Shown piece after piece: positions 23,404 through 33,051 of a DNA stretch of 64,000 nucleotides (positions are counted from its first letter, which is position 1; every line of letters starts with the position of its first letter). A program made the translations under genes and the position numbers. Origin of the DNA: Candidatus Bathyarchaeota archaeon (GTDB lineage: Archaea > Thermoproteota > Bathyarchaeia > Bathyarchaeales > Bathycorpusculaceae); contig CAWGZR010000006.1 in NCBI GenBank assembly GCA_963827165.1, positions 1-64,000 on the forward strand. The letters are read 5' to 3'. The notes beneath the pieces were generated by a model. It was not told the DNA's origin. It saw nothing but the letters and a program-made list of their open reading frames with translations, and did not search any database.

Positions 23404-26159
23404 GTCAAGACTCCTTAACTACAGAAGAGGCAAAGAAAGCGAATGTTGATGAACTATTAAGTAAGCTTTCGGCGGGCAAGGGGGGTCTTTCTTCTTCAGA
23501 AGCTGAAAAACGACTTCAGCAATATGGTCCTAATGAAATTCAGGAGAAAAAAGTTAACCCGCTTCTAAAGTTTCTTCGCTATTTTTGGGGTCCAATTCCA
23601 TGGATGATAGAAGCAGCAGTAGTAATGTCTGCGGTCATCCACAGTTGGGCTGATTTTGCAATAATTTTAGCTCTATTACTGGTAAACGCCACAGTCGGAT
23701 CCTTGCAGGAACGCAAAGCAGGAGACGCCATAGAACTGCTAAAGAAAAGACTAGCACTAAAAGCACGAGTTCTGCGAGACGGAAAATGGCAGGAAACACC
23801 GGCTGAAAAACTGGTGCCAGGCGACGTTGTCCGAGTGCGTTTAGGAGACATCATTCCCGCCGACGTGAAACTAATTGAGGGAGACTACCTTTTAACTGAT
23901 GAATCTGCATTAACTGGCGAATCTCTCCCTGTGGAGAAACATCTCTCCGACATTGGATACGCAAGCTCCACTGTAAAACAGGGCGAAATGAACGCGCTCG
24001 TTGTTAACACCGCCGCCAAAACTTTTTTCGGTAAAACCGCCAAACTCGTAGAAATAGCCAAAACCCCAAGCCACTTCCAAAAAGCCATTAGCAGAATAGG
24101 CGATTACCTGATTTTCCTAGCGATAGGACTAGTAGCAATAATCGTTGTGGTCTCGATTTTTCGAGGTCAAAACATCTTAGGCATCATTCAGTTTGCATTG
24201 ATCTTAGTTGTTGCGGGGATACCTGCGGCACTTCCCGCGGTCCTGTCAGTTACCATGGCCGTAGGAGCCATAGCCCTGGCCAAGAAGGAAGCAATCGTAA
24301 GCAAATTGGTGGCGATTGAGGAAATGGCAAGCATGGATGTGCTGTGCTCAGACAAAACTGGTACTATCACCAAAAACGCTCTCACTATGGGTGGAACCAA
24401 ACCTTATGCCAAATTCACAGAAAACGATGTACTTTTGTTCAGTGCGCTCGCATCAAGAGAAGAAGATAAAGATCCAATCGACCTTGCAATTTTAACGAAA
24501 ACCACGAGCACACCCGATATTGCCGCTAAAATTGAACACATAAAAGTGACCGCTTTTAAGCCCTTTGATCCTGTCATAAAGAGAACAGAGGCAACCGTGC
24601 AAGGAGAGGACGGAAGTCAATTTAAGGTGACTAAAGGAGCCGCTCAGGCAATTTTGGCCTTGATTGAGGACAAGAAATCAATTAACGACAAATTGACAGA
24701 GGATGTTAATGAATTCGCTAAGAAAGGGTATCGCGCGTTGGCTGTTGCTCGAACTGATAAGCAGAATAAGTGGCAGTTTGCGGGTTTAATTGGTTTGTTT
24801 GATCCGCCAAGGGAAGATTCTGCTCAGACAATAAAGACGGCTCAATCGATGGGCGTTAACGTGAAAATGGTCACTGGTGACCACATAGCCATTGCTAAAG
24901 AAATTTCGAGTCAAGTAAACCTTGGAAACGACATTGTGTTGCCGGCTGCTTTTTTGGATAAGTCTGACAGTGAGGCTCAAGGCGTGGTTGAAGCGGCCCA
25001 AGGTTTTGCAGAAGTCTTCCCTGAGCATAAGTACAAAATTGTGGAGCTTCTCCAAGAAAAAGGACACATTGTAGGGATGACTGGGGATGGGGTTAATGAT
25101 GCGCCGGCTTTGAAGAAAGCTAACGCTGGTATTGCCGTTGAAGGCGCGACCGACGCCGCAAAATCAGCAGCGGCAATTGTTCTTACAAAGCCTGGTCTTT
25201 CGGTTATTATTGATGCGATTAAGGAGAGTCGCAAGATTTTCCAGCGTATGACGAATTATTGCACGTACCGCATTGCTGAAACGATACGGATTCTGCTTTT
25301 CATGACTGCTTCTATCTTGGTTTTCAAGTTTTTCCCAATTACTGCTTTGATGCTGGTTTTGTTGGCGCTCTTAAACGACCTGCCGATTATGACTATAGCT
25401 TATGATAACGTGAAGTACTCGGATAAACCTGAGAAATGGGACATGCGAAATCTGTTGAGTGTGGCGACGTTTCTTGGAGTAATCGGGGTATTCTCGACTT
25501 TCGGGATTCTTTACATCGGATTAGATGTGCTGAAGCTAAACCTGCTGGTGCTTCAATCTTTTATATACCTGAAGCTTGCAGTGGCGGGAAATATGACTGT
25601 GTTTGTAGCTAGGACTAAGGGTCATTTTTGGTCTGTAAAGCCTGCTAAACAGCTTCTTTTTGCGTGCATAGCTGTTCAAGTTACCGCTATAATGCTCACG
25701 GTGTACGGGATTTTGCTTCCGGCGATGGGTTGGGGACTGGCCGCTCTTGTGTGGGGTTACGCGTTTGCTTTCTTCTTTATGACTGATTTGGCAAAAGTGC
25801 GCTTATACAAGCTACTAAACCCCAGGGGGCCACGTGGGCGGAAAGGAAAAAACTTGAACCTACTCAACAATGTGCCTTTTGAGCATGGTTTTCAATTTTT
25901 CACGGAACTTGGAAAAAGCACTGGAATAACTGCGAGCAGCACTGTTGAGTTTGCCGAAAAACTCCAAATAGTACCCATTCAGTCTATCACGTTTCATTTT
26001 CAGCAAAAAGATTTTCAAAAATGGTTCAAAAACACAATTGGCGATGAAGAACTAACTAAAAGAATTGACCATATTAAAGCAGGGATACAAGATGAAGACT
26101 TGCGGAAAGAGCTTTCCAAAACCGTTCAAAACCGCATCGCCGAACTAAAGCATCCGTAA
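23400..26159 (+). CDS. P3A-type plasma-membrane H+-ATPase with a fused C-terminal DUF5752-like domain
   Basis: Motifs TGES, IPAALPAV, DKTGT, KGA, DPPR, MVTGD, GDGVNDAPALK, YRIAET and LLNDLP (P3A Arg/Asp proton-site pattern). The last 103 aa match the 1745-2101 protein. ATGA overlap with the PGM gene. Confidence 0.92.
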   Translation: MSQDSLTTEEAKKANVDELLSKLSAGKGGLSSSEAEKRLQQYGPNEIQEKKVNPLLKFLRYFWGPIPWMIEAAVVMSAVIHSWADFAIILALLLVNATVGSLQERKAGDAIELLKKRLALKARVLRDGKWQETPAEKLVPGDVVRVRLGDIIPADVKLIEGDYLLTDESALTGESLPVEKHLSDIGYASSTVKQGEMNALVVNTAAKTFFGKTAKLVEIAKTPSHFQKAISRIGDYLIFLAIGLVAIIVVVSIFRGQNILGIIQFALILVVAGIPAALPAVLSVTMAVGAIALAKKEAIVSKLVAIEEMASMDVLCSDKTGTITKNALTMGGTKPYAKFTENDVLLFSALASREEDKDPIDLAILTKTTSTPDIAAKIEHIKVTAFKPFDPVIKRTEATVQGEDGSQFKVTKGAAQAILALIEDKKSINDKLTEDVNEFAKKGYRALAVARTDKQNKWQFAGLIGLFDPPREDSAQTIKTAQSMGVNVKMVTGDHIAIAKEISSQVNLGNDIVLPAAFLDKSDSEAQGVVEAAQGFAEVFPEHKYKIVELLQEKGHIVGMTGDGVNDAPALKKANAGIAVEGATDAAKSAAAIVLTKPGLSVIIDAIKESRKIFQRMTNYCTYRIAETIRILLFMTASILVFKFFPITALMLVLLALLNDLPIMTIAYDNVKYSDKPEKWDMRNLLSVATFLGVIGVFSTFGILYIGLDVLKLNLLVLQSFIYLKLAVAGNMTVFVARTKGHFWSVKPAKQLLFACIAVQVTAIMLTVYGILLPAMGWGLAALVWGYAFAFFFMTDLAKVRLYKLLNPRGPRGRKGKNLNLLNNVPFEHGFQFFTELGKSTGITASSTVEFAEKLQIVPIQSITFHFQQKDFQKWFKNTIGDEELTKRIDHIKAGIQDEDLRKELSKTVQNRIAELKHP

Positions 26160-26322
26160 ACATTTTCTTAACAAATCACTATCGCAGTCCTCAACAGGGA
26201 TGGGTTCCTATTAACTAAAGATGTTTCACGAGAACGAATTTAGCAATCAGTCAATTAGTCCAGAGTTATGAAGCGCGCAAATGAACTTTTTTACCGAATT
26301 TACGGCAAAATAACTAGGAGAA

Positions 26323-26397
26323 TGGGCCGGACCGGATTCGGACCGGCGACCTTCTGCACGTCAAGCAGATGTCCTAACCAGGCTAGACGACCGGCCC
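26323..26397 (-). tRNA. tRNA-Val(GAC)
   Basis: GGGCCGGTCGTCTAGCCTGGTTAGGACA TCTGC TTGACGT GCAGA AGGTCGCCGGTCCGAATCCGGTCCGGCCCA folds into a cloverleaf. Confidence 0.95.
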
Positions 26398-26595
26398 ACA
26401 GTGTGCTTATTTTCTTATGGTGTTTTCCTATATAGCTGTGTCGTCTTCTTTGCTCCGTTGCGTATTGGGATTTGCTCCTTCTATTAATCTATTTTCCTGC
26501 CGTTGAAAATCAAAGTGTTTTTGTTTGTTTTTTTGAGGTTGGCGACATAGGGGTTTTAAGTTACAGAGGTGTATATGGCTTGAAGGGTTATAGAT

Positions 26596-27846
26596 ATGGC
26601 AACTGATGATGTGCTTACGTTACTGGTAGACTTCATCAACAAAAACTCGGATGTTGCCGACGTTCAATGGGACAGACGCATGAGTCCCAGATTGCTCTTT
26701 AACCCCTACTCCCAAAATTATGAAGAGAGAAAAATTATTGCACACTACTTCCTGCTGATAGCCTCGATACTCGACGACACGATAGTAGGTTACCCAGAAA
26801 ACGCCCGCATGCTGCTATCTTACCTGCATGAAGCTTTCGGAAACACCCTTTTCGAAATTAAAAAAGGACATATTCTTGAGGAAGAAATCGTGAAATCAGA
26901 TTTTTACTCTGACTTGGGTCCAAACAAGAAAGCCGCCTCCGAAATAATGGCATCTGTCAACTTGTTTGTGAAAATCAACGCAGAGAAAAATCTACTCAAG
27001 TACGCTCAAAAATTCACAAAGCCAAGCGCTTTCATCGAAGACATCGCCAAAAACGTCAAAGCTCTCAGCGGTCCACACATCGACAAAGCATGGATTTACA
27101 TGCGTTGGATGGTCAGACCATCACCCGACCTGCAAATCTACGACCATCTGCTTCCTGAAGATTTGTACGTGCCGCTTACGAAAGAAAACGCCAACGTCGC
27201 GGCAAGCTTGGGTATTATAGATTCCGCTTCCCCATCGATTTGGAGAGATGAACACACAGCGTCAATCGCTAGGCAGAAAATAACTGATTTCGCAAAGCGG
27301 CTTTACCCACTGGACCCCGCAAAGGTTGATTACCCCTTTTTCTTAATAGGCAAATGGCTGCGACAGAAACCTCTAAACAGGCCCACTTTGAAGACGGCGC
27401 TTGATTTTCTGGATCACATGCAAAAAATAACGGGTCAATCAGAAGCTTACTACCAAAAAATGAGCCGTTACAAGAGCGGATGGGAGAAAAAAACCGCACT
27501 GACCCTTCTTAAAATGCATATTCCCTACGGTTACGAAACCATCAGTTTTCCTCTGCCTGAACATCAAGTGTACACTCCTGACTTCATTTTAGAGAAGAAA
27601 CTTCAGGGACGGAAAATAATTCTTGAACCTCATTTTGAAATGACCAAAAGGCAAGCCCACAAATACGCGTTGTTCAAAAGAACTTACGGTCAAGAGTTTC
27701 TGCTGATTTTGCTGCTTAAAAACGACTTGATTCCTTTATATCACCAGAGGAAAATATTAACCGATGACGTTTGTGATGATGTTTGGCCGATTGAATTCAT
27801 CCATTTACTTGTAGAAAAAATACGAAGAGGCACCTACGGCGAGTAA
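26596..27846 (+). CDS. DUF2400/HhH-like domain fused to a PD-(D/E)xK-type nuclease domain
   Basis: WIYMRWMVR..LYVPL..A.LG..ITDFAK...DPAKVDYPFF (DUF2400-like), followed by YKSGWE...IPYGYE...YTPDFIL...IILEPH (nuclease-like). Confidence 0.6.
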   Translation: MATDDVLTLLVDFINKNSDVADVQWDRRMSPRLLFNPYSQNYEERKIIAHYFLLIASILDDTIVGYPENARMLLSYLHEAFGNTLFEIKKGHILEEEIVKSDFYSDLGPNKKAASEIMASVNLFVKINAEKNLLKYAQKFTKPSAFIEDIAKNVKALSGPHIDKAWIYMRWMVRPSPDLQIYDHLLPEDLYVPLTKENANVAASLGIIDSASPSIWRDEHTASIARQKITDFAKRLYPLDPAKVDYPFFLIGKWLRQKPLNRPTLKTALDFLDHMQKITGQSEAYYQKMSRYKSGWEKKTALTLLKMHIPYGYETISFPLPEHQVYTPDFILEKKLQGRKIILEPHFEMTKRQAHKYALFKRTYGQEFLLILLLKNDLIPLYHQRKILTDDVCDDVWPIEFIHLLVEKIRRGTYGE

Positions 27847-27914
27847 ACCTGTTCCGTAGTGTCTTCTTGACGTGTTTTAATATGTAAGCGCTGCTTTGTA
27901 TTGCTGAACACAGC

Positions 27915-28277
27915 ATGGAGCAGGATAATTTAAAGCCGATAACTGTTTGGCTTATACTTAACGGGAAAACCGAGGAAGCACTTACGCTGCTGGCGAAAAA
28001 CTACAAAGTAGCCGTTCCTAACTTTAAAGTAGGCTTACCCAAAGGACACAAAGTCACGGCGTACGGCTGCTACACCGCAAAAAACCAAACCATTTCGGTT
28101 CTAAACAGCGACATACTGGCGAATCCCTTCGTAATCATTCACGAATTCTATCATCACCTGCGGAGTAAAGGGGTCGATAAAATGCATCGCGGCACCGAGG
28201 GAAACGCTGACAAATTCGCACTCAACTTTTTACAAGAATACCAAGCCGCTGCGAAAAAAGCTCAGAGCCTCACTTGA
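27915..28277 (+). CDS. Small HExxH zinc-metallopeptidase-like protein
   Basis: VIIHEFYHH with downstream E..AD.FA. Confidence 0.65.
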   Translation: MEQDNLKPITVWLILNGKTEEALTLLAKNYKVAVPNFKVGLPKGHKVTAYGCYTAKNQTISVLNSDILANPFVIIHEFYHHLRSKGVDKMHRGTEGNADKFALNFLQEYQAAAKKAQSLT

Positions 28278-28707
28278 AATCATCGTCGAAATCCTCTTCA
28301 AAATTTTTCCCTACCGGGTCCGTTATCTCAATAGGTATCCTTTCCGCTCGGCAGTTGTACGCTGCTACGCAGTTTTTGCCTTCGAACGGGGTTCCGACGA
28401 TCATTAGTATCCTTCCGAAAAAATAGTTCATATCAACGTCGCTCGGCGAAATGTTGCCTGACGGATGTGAATGTACCGTGCCGACCAACGAGAAATCCCC
28501 CGAAAACATAAACGGGTTAAAATGAACCGTGCCACGTCCATGCGCCGTGAAGGGTGCCAGAACAAGATCGGTTATCTTGATTATACCCTTTTTACTTTTA
28601 CCTCTGAGAAGCAGAAAACTTTCGCGTGGGTAAAGCTGCTTGGCACCAGCGAATATGGCGTCCAATATATCCTCCGGGATTTCAATAGTTACCGAAGTTG
28701 CTGCCAT
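28270..28707 (-). CDS. JAB/MPN (Mov34, JAMM) metalloprotease
   Basis: YPRE...LL.G and GTVHSHPSG...PSDVD form a complete JAMM motif. Confidence 0.88.
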   Translation of the reverse strand: MAATSVTIEIPEDILDAIFAGAKQLYPRESFLLLRGKSKKGIIKITDLVLAPFTAHGRGTVHFNPFMFSGDFSLVGTVHSHPSGNISPSDVDMNYFFGRILMIVGTPFEGKNCVAAYNCRAERIPIEITDPVGKNFEEDFDDDFK

Positions 28708-28861
28708 GCCAAGGGTAGTATCATTTGATGGTTAATTACTTTGCTAAACGTCATCAGTCAAACCTGTTATGCTTGAAAATCACGTAAAAAGGCGGGAGGT
28801 TTTTCTGTTCAGTTCGGTAAACATTTAAAGAGCGAACGAAATAGAATGATGACTTGTCGGT

Positions 28862-28946
28862 GCCGAGGTGGCAGAGTGGTTAACGCGCGGGCCTTGAGAG
28901 CCCGTGGACTCTCGAGTCCGCATGGGTTCGAATCCCATCCTCGGCG
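28862..28946 (+). tRNA. tRNA-Ser(TGA)
   Basis: Acceptor stem GCCGAGG/CCTCGGC, anticodon arm CGGGC-CTTGAGA-GCCCG, long variable arm GGACTCTCGAGTCC, T-loop GGTTCGAATCC. Confidence 0.96.
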
Positions 28947-29359
28947 CTTAATCAACTCATATTGTCGAAACTTCGTAGAACGGTTTTTCCATGGCTTTGG
29001 TGGTAATTTGGATGTTACTTTGAGAAACCTTTTTAGGAGATTCTTAAGTAGACGCTATTCGGCTAAATGGTTTCGAGATAGATTTGAGCTATGCAGGCAA
29101 GTTTCTTACAGGTAGGTATTGAGGTTCGGTTTTTTTGCTATCCAGCAAAGAACAAGTCTTTAAGCGTTCGTTTGAGTGCGTCAAACGTGTTTTGGCGCCA
29201 ATCCGATGAACTTATAAAGAGACTGCTCATAAAGATTAGCGGGGTTGTTTGGATGGTGTACGCTAAAGTTCAGATGTCATTGCTCACCATGTCCAATCAA
29301 TCCTGCAGTGGGAAGTGCCCAGCAGCCATGTTCAAAGCCGAAGGAACATATAATAAGGA

Positions 29360-30562
29360 TTGAAAAGCGGCATGCAAATACTAGTCTATGTAGTTTCGGC
29401 GATTTGGCTTTCACCGATTTTCTACCTTTTGGTTTTGCTGTTTGGAAAATACTTTAAGATTAGGCGGAGAAAAAACCTCATTTTACAGAAAGGTTTGACC
29501 AACAAAAAAATTGACAAGATCATCTTTCAGATACCGACTATCGGAAATGTTCGTTCAGTCAATAAAGCTTTTGAAACAGTAAGCCATTACGACCTGCCAC
29601 ACCCGATTGAAACGTGGGTTGTTATTGAAGAGAAGGATACCCACAAGGACCAATATGTTTGCGACAAAGTAGTTGTTGTTCCTAAAAATTTTGTGTGCGA
29701 GGACCTCTACAAGGCAAGGGCTTTAGAGTTTGCTCGCAGGTTAAGGGTTAAGATGGTTGCTGACGGCGAGCTAAGTTCTGATTACATTCTGCTTCAGGGA
29801 GATGACGACGCTCTACCTACGCTTGGTTTCGTACTGGAGGGTTTAACAGTTAACGCGGACATTTCAATCGGAACAATTACTCCGAAGGTTGGAGGAGTTT
29901 GGAGCACAATCATCGATTACGAACGTTGTGTTGCCTGCGGAATCTTTTGCAACTTCTTCACTAATTTGGGTCAGCCGCTTTGGGCTCATGGCGAAGGAAC
30001 CGTTATTAGCAGCAAAGTTGACCAGAACGTTTCTTATGACATAAGCAGCTTCGTAAAGAATCCGAAGGAGAAACTGATAAGCAGTGAAGACGCGTTTTAC
30101 TTCCATAAAGCCTCTGCATTGGGATACGACATTTACAATTCTGAAGAAAGGGTTTTGATTCTGCCACCGCTATCTATGGAAGACGCCGTCAAGCAGAGAC
30201 GCAGATGGTTCTGGGGTCAGTGGACACTGCTAAGCCAGAAAATGCTTCCGTTGGGGAACAGGCTGAGGCTGGGGTTGCTGGGTTTTTCGGGTTTATGGCT
30301 TTACTTCATCGGGATGTTGGGTTTGCCCCTCACTTATTTGGGAATAATCAAAGTCCCCAGCGTGTTCATTCCGTTAATGATCATCACGCTCATTATGTGG
30401 CTTGGAATGAGGGCCTACATCATTGGGACCGCGATGGGCTGGAAACAAGGCATAATCGGCGCTTTGGTGAGCTACGTTACGGTGACGCTGAACACTTTTG
30501 TTCACCTCATCGGAATTCTGAAAGGCGACCCCCACAATTTCGAAGTAATACGCAAAGAGTAA
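29360..30562 (+). CDS. Membrane GT2-family glycosyltransferase
   Basis: Motifs YKARALE, GDDD, SED, QRRRW, with N- and C-terminal TM helices. Confidence 0.85.
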   Translation: MKSGMQILVYVVSAIWLSPIFYLLVLLFGKYFKIRRRKNLILQKGLTNKKIDKIIFQIPTIGNVRSVNKAFETVSHYDLPHPIETWVVIEEKDTHKDQYVCDKVVVVPKNFVCEDLYKARALEFARRLRVKMVADGELSSDYILLQGDDDALPTLGFVLEGLTVNADISIGTITPKVGGVWSTIIDYERCVACGIFCNFFTNLGQPLWAHGEGTVISSKVDQNVSYDISSFVKNPKEKLISSEDAFYFHKASALGYDIYNSEERVLILPPLSMEDAVKQRRRWFWGQWTLLSQKMLPLGNRLRLGLLGFSGLWLYFIGMLGLPLTYLGIIKVPSVFIPLMIITLIMWLGMRAYIIGTAMGWKQGIIGALVSYVTVTLNTFVHLIGILKGDPHNFEVIRKE

Positions 30563-30820
30563 AACTGTACGACCCATTTTTGGGTTGTTTCGAATTTTTT
30601 TTCGGCAATAAATTCCCGTCGCATCGACACCATGCAAGATTTTTCAGTGAATCGGCCCCATTCGATTCTTGTGTCGAAACATTAAGGATTAATTTAACTC
30701 ATTAAAGGGTTTAAAGCGATAGGCGTCATGTGTGACTGCCGAGAGCTAACAACATAGCTTTTATAACAGTTAAGCTTCCCATTCGAGCAATAAGAGACGT
30801 ATTTGACGAGGTAATATCTC

Positions 30821-31192
30821 TTGAAAAAAATACTAATCATTGACGACGACACATATATTCTGAACTCATTTTCGCGAGTCCTTTCCAAACGAGGCTTTGA
30901 AGTCGAAACCGCAGAAACTGGAAAGCAAGCTTTGGAAAAACTAAAACAAGGCTCTTTTGATGTCGCTTTAATAGATGTTTGCCTTCCCGATATGGAGGGC
31001 ACCGACCTGCTCGAAAACGCGAAGAAAGAACTGGAAAAAACTGTTAAAATAATGCTCACGGGGCATCCTTCGGTAAAAACAAGTGAAAAAGCAACTTTTG
31101 AAGGCGCTGACACTTACATTGTTAAACCAATCAAAATGGACGAACTGATTTCCGTTATCAATTTCTTTCTAAAACCAAAGCAAGAAGAATAA
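30821..31192 (+). CDS. Single-domain response regulator (REC)
   Basis: Motifs ILIIDDD, IDVCLPDMEG (phospho-Asp), MLTG, GADTYIVKP. Confidence 0.92.
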   Translation: MKKILIIDDDTYILNSFSRVLSKRGFEVETAETGKQALEKLKQGSFDVALIDVCLPDMEGTDLLENAKKELEKTVKIMLTGHPSVKTSEKATFEGADTYIVKPIKMDELISVINFFLKPKQEE

Positions 31193-31270
31193 TGCTTCGG
31201 TTAATTTATTACGTTTTGTCTTTTCTTCCCTTCACGTTTAGGAATTTTGTTTCCGGCTTTTACGGTAATG

Positions 31271-31447
31271 GATGCTTGTTGACTTTTTGCGACGTTTAGT
31301 GACGATTTATGACGTTTAGCGACGGTATGTGACTTTCTATGACGTTGTATGACGTTTCGTGACGTTTTATGACGCAACCTGCAGACATCTCAAGCTCTAA
31401 AACAAAAAAGCAACCCAAAACACAAACAAAAAAAATTCGGGTTTCCA
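31271..31447 (+). repeat. Dispersed element copy A: ten 10-bp units (consensus GACGTTTTAT) plus conserved anchor
   Basis: GA(C/T) occurs at exactly 10-bp spacing from 31271 to 31371, followed by CAACCTGCA...CAAGCTCTAAAACAAAAAAGCAACCCAAAACACAAACAAAA. Confidence 0.9.
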
Positions 31448-31578
31448 CGCTTCAATAGGTCGTCGACTTTGTAATGAACTCTGCTTTTATTTACGTGTTT
31501 TTTGATAATGTCCAGTTGCGGCTGAACTGATTTTATTCTTGGGGAGTTGAATTGGAATAAAACTGGTAATTGTGACAG

Positions 31579-31652
31579 TGCGGTAACCGGGATTTGAACC
31601 CGGGTCCTAGACTTGGCAAGCCTATGTACTGACCAAGCTGTACTATTACCGC
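31579..31652 (-). tRNA. tRNA-Gly(GCC)
   Basis: GCGGTAA...TAGGC-TTGCCAA-GTCTA...CCGGGTTCAAATCCCGG-TTACCGC-A. Confidence 0.95.
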
Positions 31653-31891
31653 GTATATTGTCTTGGTGACGTATCGTTGCTGTTTAGACTCAAGAGCTAT
31701 TTATGTGCCTTTTGGTTTTGCTAATCGTGTCCTATTGTTGCCGCTGAACGTATTTGTTTTTTGTAGAGACGTCAGTGATTTTCCATTTCTCCTCTTACTT
31801 ACAGCCAAAAAAAATAAAGAAAAAAAATTTGCAGCATTTCCAATTGTTGGAGGACGCTGTCATATTCGAATGAATATGTCTGTTTGTTCCG

Positions 31892-32704
31892 TTATGGTGT
31901 CTTATTTTTAGTCCATCTACGGTAACAAGCGATAGTTGTGGCTGTGCAAGCGATGATTGCTGCCGCTAGGATCAGTAGGTATTCGAGGTAGGTGTTCTTC
32001 GGGGATTCGACGTAAACTACTTTGTCGGTGTCGCCGGATGCGCCGTTTGATCCGTTCGTTCCATTCGTTCCGTTGGTTCCGTTTGCTCCGTTTGTGCCGT
32101 CTTTGCCGTTTAAGCCGTTTTGCCCGTTTAACCCATTTGTGCCATTGGAAACAAACATGTTGCCTGTGGCGTTGAAGTCGACTCCGTTGAGTCCGTTTGT
32201 TCCGTCAGTGCCGTTGAACATGAAAACGTTGCCAGTTTCATTGAAATTCAAACCATTCTGGCCTGCAATCCCTTGAAGACCCGCGATTCCCTGTGGTCCC
32301 TGTATCCCTTGGGCACCAGTTGCTCCTTTTGGACCCTGGACGCCTTGAGCGCCTATCATATCAACAACAGTATATGTTGCTGATGCCGAGTCACCATTGA
32401 TCTCCGTCACAGTGATTGTATGAGGGCCAACTGCCAATTCGTTAGGAATGGAAATTATTGTTGAGAAAGAGCCGCTGCAATCCGTCTCAACAGTTAATGG
32501 CACTGTCGGTTGAACAGCGCCGTCGTATGTGATTGTGATGGTTTTGTCTGCGGCGAATCCTGTGCCTGTTATCGTAGTTGTTGCAAATCCTTGCGTTGGT
32601 GACAAAGTTATGGAAGGTGCAAGCGGTGCAGTGCATGCTGAAACCACAGAAACTATCATTAGGGCAAGTACTAGAGCCACAATTAATGCAATTACTTTTT
32701 TCAT
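31892..32704 (-). CDS. Membrane-anchored collagen-like surface protein with an Ig/IPT-like N-terminal domain
   Basis: Signal peptide, beta-rich domain (ITGTGF), Gly-X-Y runs (GAQGVQGPK..., GTNGLNGQN...), C-terminal TM helix with basic tail. Confidence 0.85.
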   Translation of the reverse strand: MKKVIALIVALVLALMIVSVVSACTAPLAPSITLSPTQGFATTTITGTGFAADKTITITYDGAVQPTVPLTVETDCSGSFSTIISIPNELAVGPHTITVTEINGDSASATYTVVDMIGAQGVQGPKGATGAQGIQGPQGIAGLQGIAGQNGLNFNETGNVFMFNGTDGTNGLNGVDFNATGNMFVSNGTNGLNGQNGLNGKDGTNGANGTNGTNGTNGSNGASGDTDKVVYVESPKNTYLEYLLILAAAIIACTATTIACYRRWTKNKTP

Positions 32705-33051
32705 TTCTTAATTCTCCTTTCTTCTTATATGCTTCAGACAAGTTACAAAAGTTATATAGTCATTGTTTCCGAAACCCCAAGACTCTTAAATTTGATATAT
32801 TCCCCGATTCTAGGTTGGCCTCGAATCGTTTTCTTATCCTTTACAACCTGAAGCCGAAGAGTAATAATAGCCGATTGAATGTAGCAACACCCACCAAAAA
32901 AAAGAGCTCGAAAAGAATGACATCTGAACTGGGCAAAAAGATCTTTAGGCGTACACAAGCTCCTTGGCTTAATGCAAATGTAATTTCCAACATTGTGACA
33001 AGGTAACAGCAACATAACCTTTATTTCACCAAGTGTAAACCTAGTTATTGA

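Noticed and set aside
28846-29457. ORFs overlapping and following tRNA-Ser
   Set aside because: They overlap the tRNA or each other and have no motifs or credible start signals.
31271-31370. 10-bp arrays as CRISPR arrays
   Set aside because: The period is 10 bp with no unique spacers, and no cas genes are present in the window.
31371-31447. Anchor of the dispersed element as a conserved small ORF (QPA...S.K.KKQPKTQ)
   Set aside because: No common start codon, the frame is broken by an indel in copy C, and 10-bp units do not preserve a frame.
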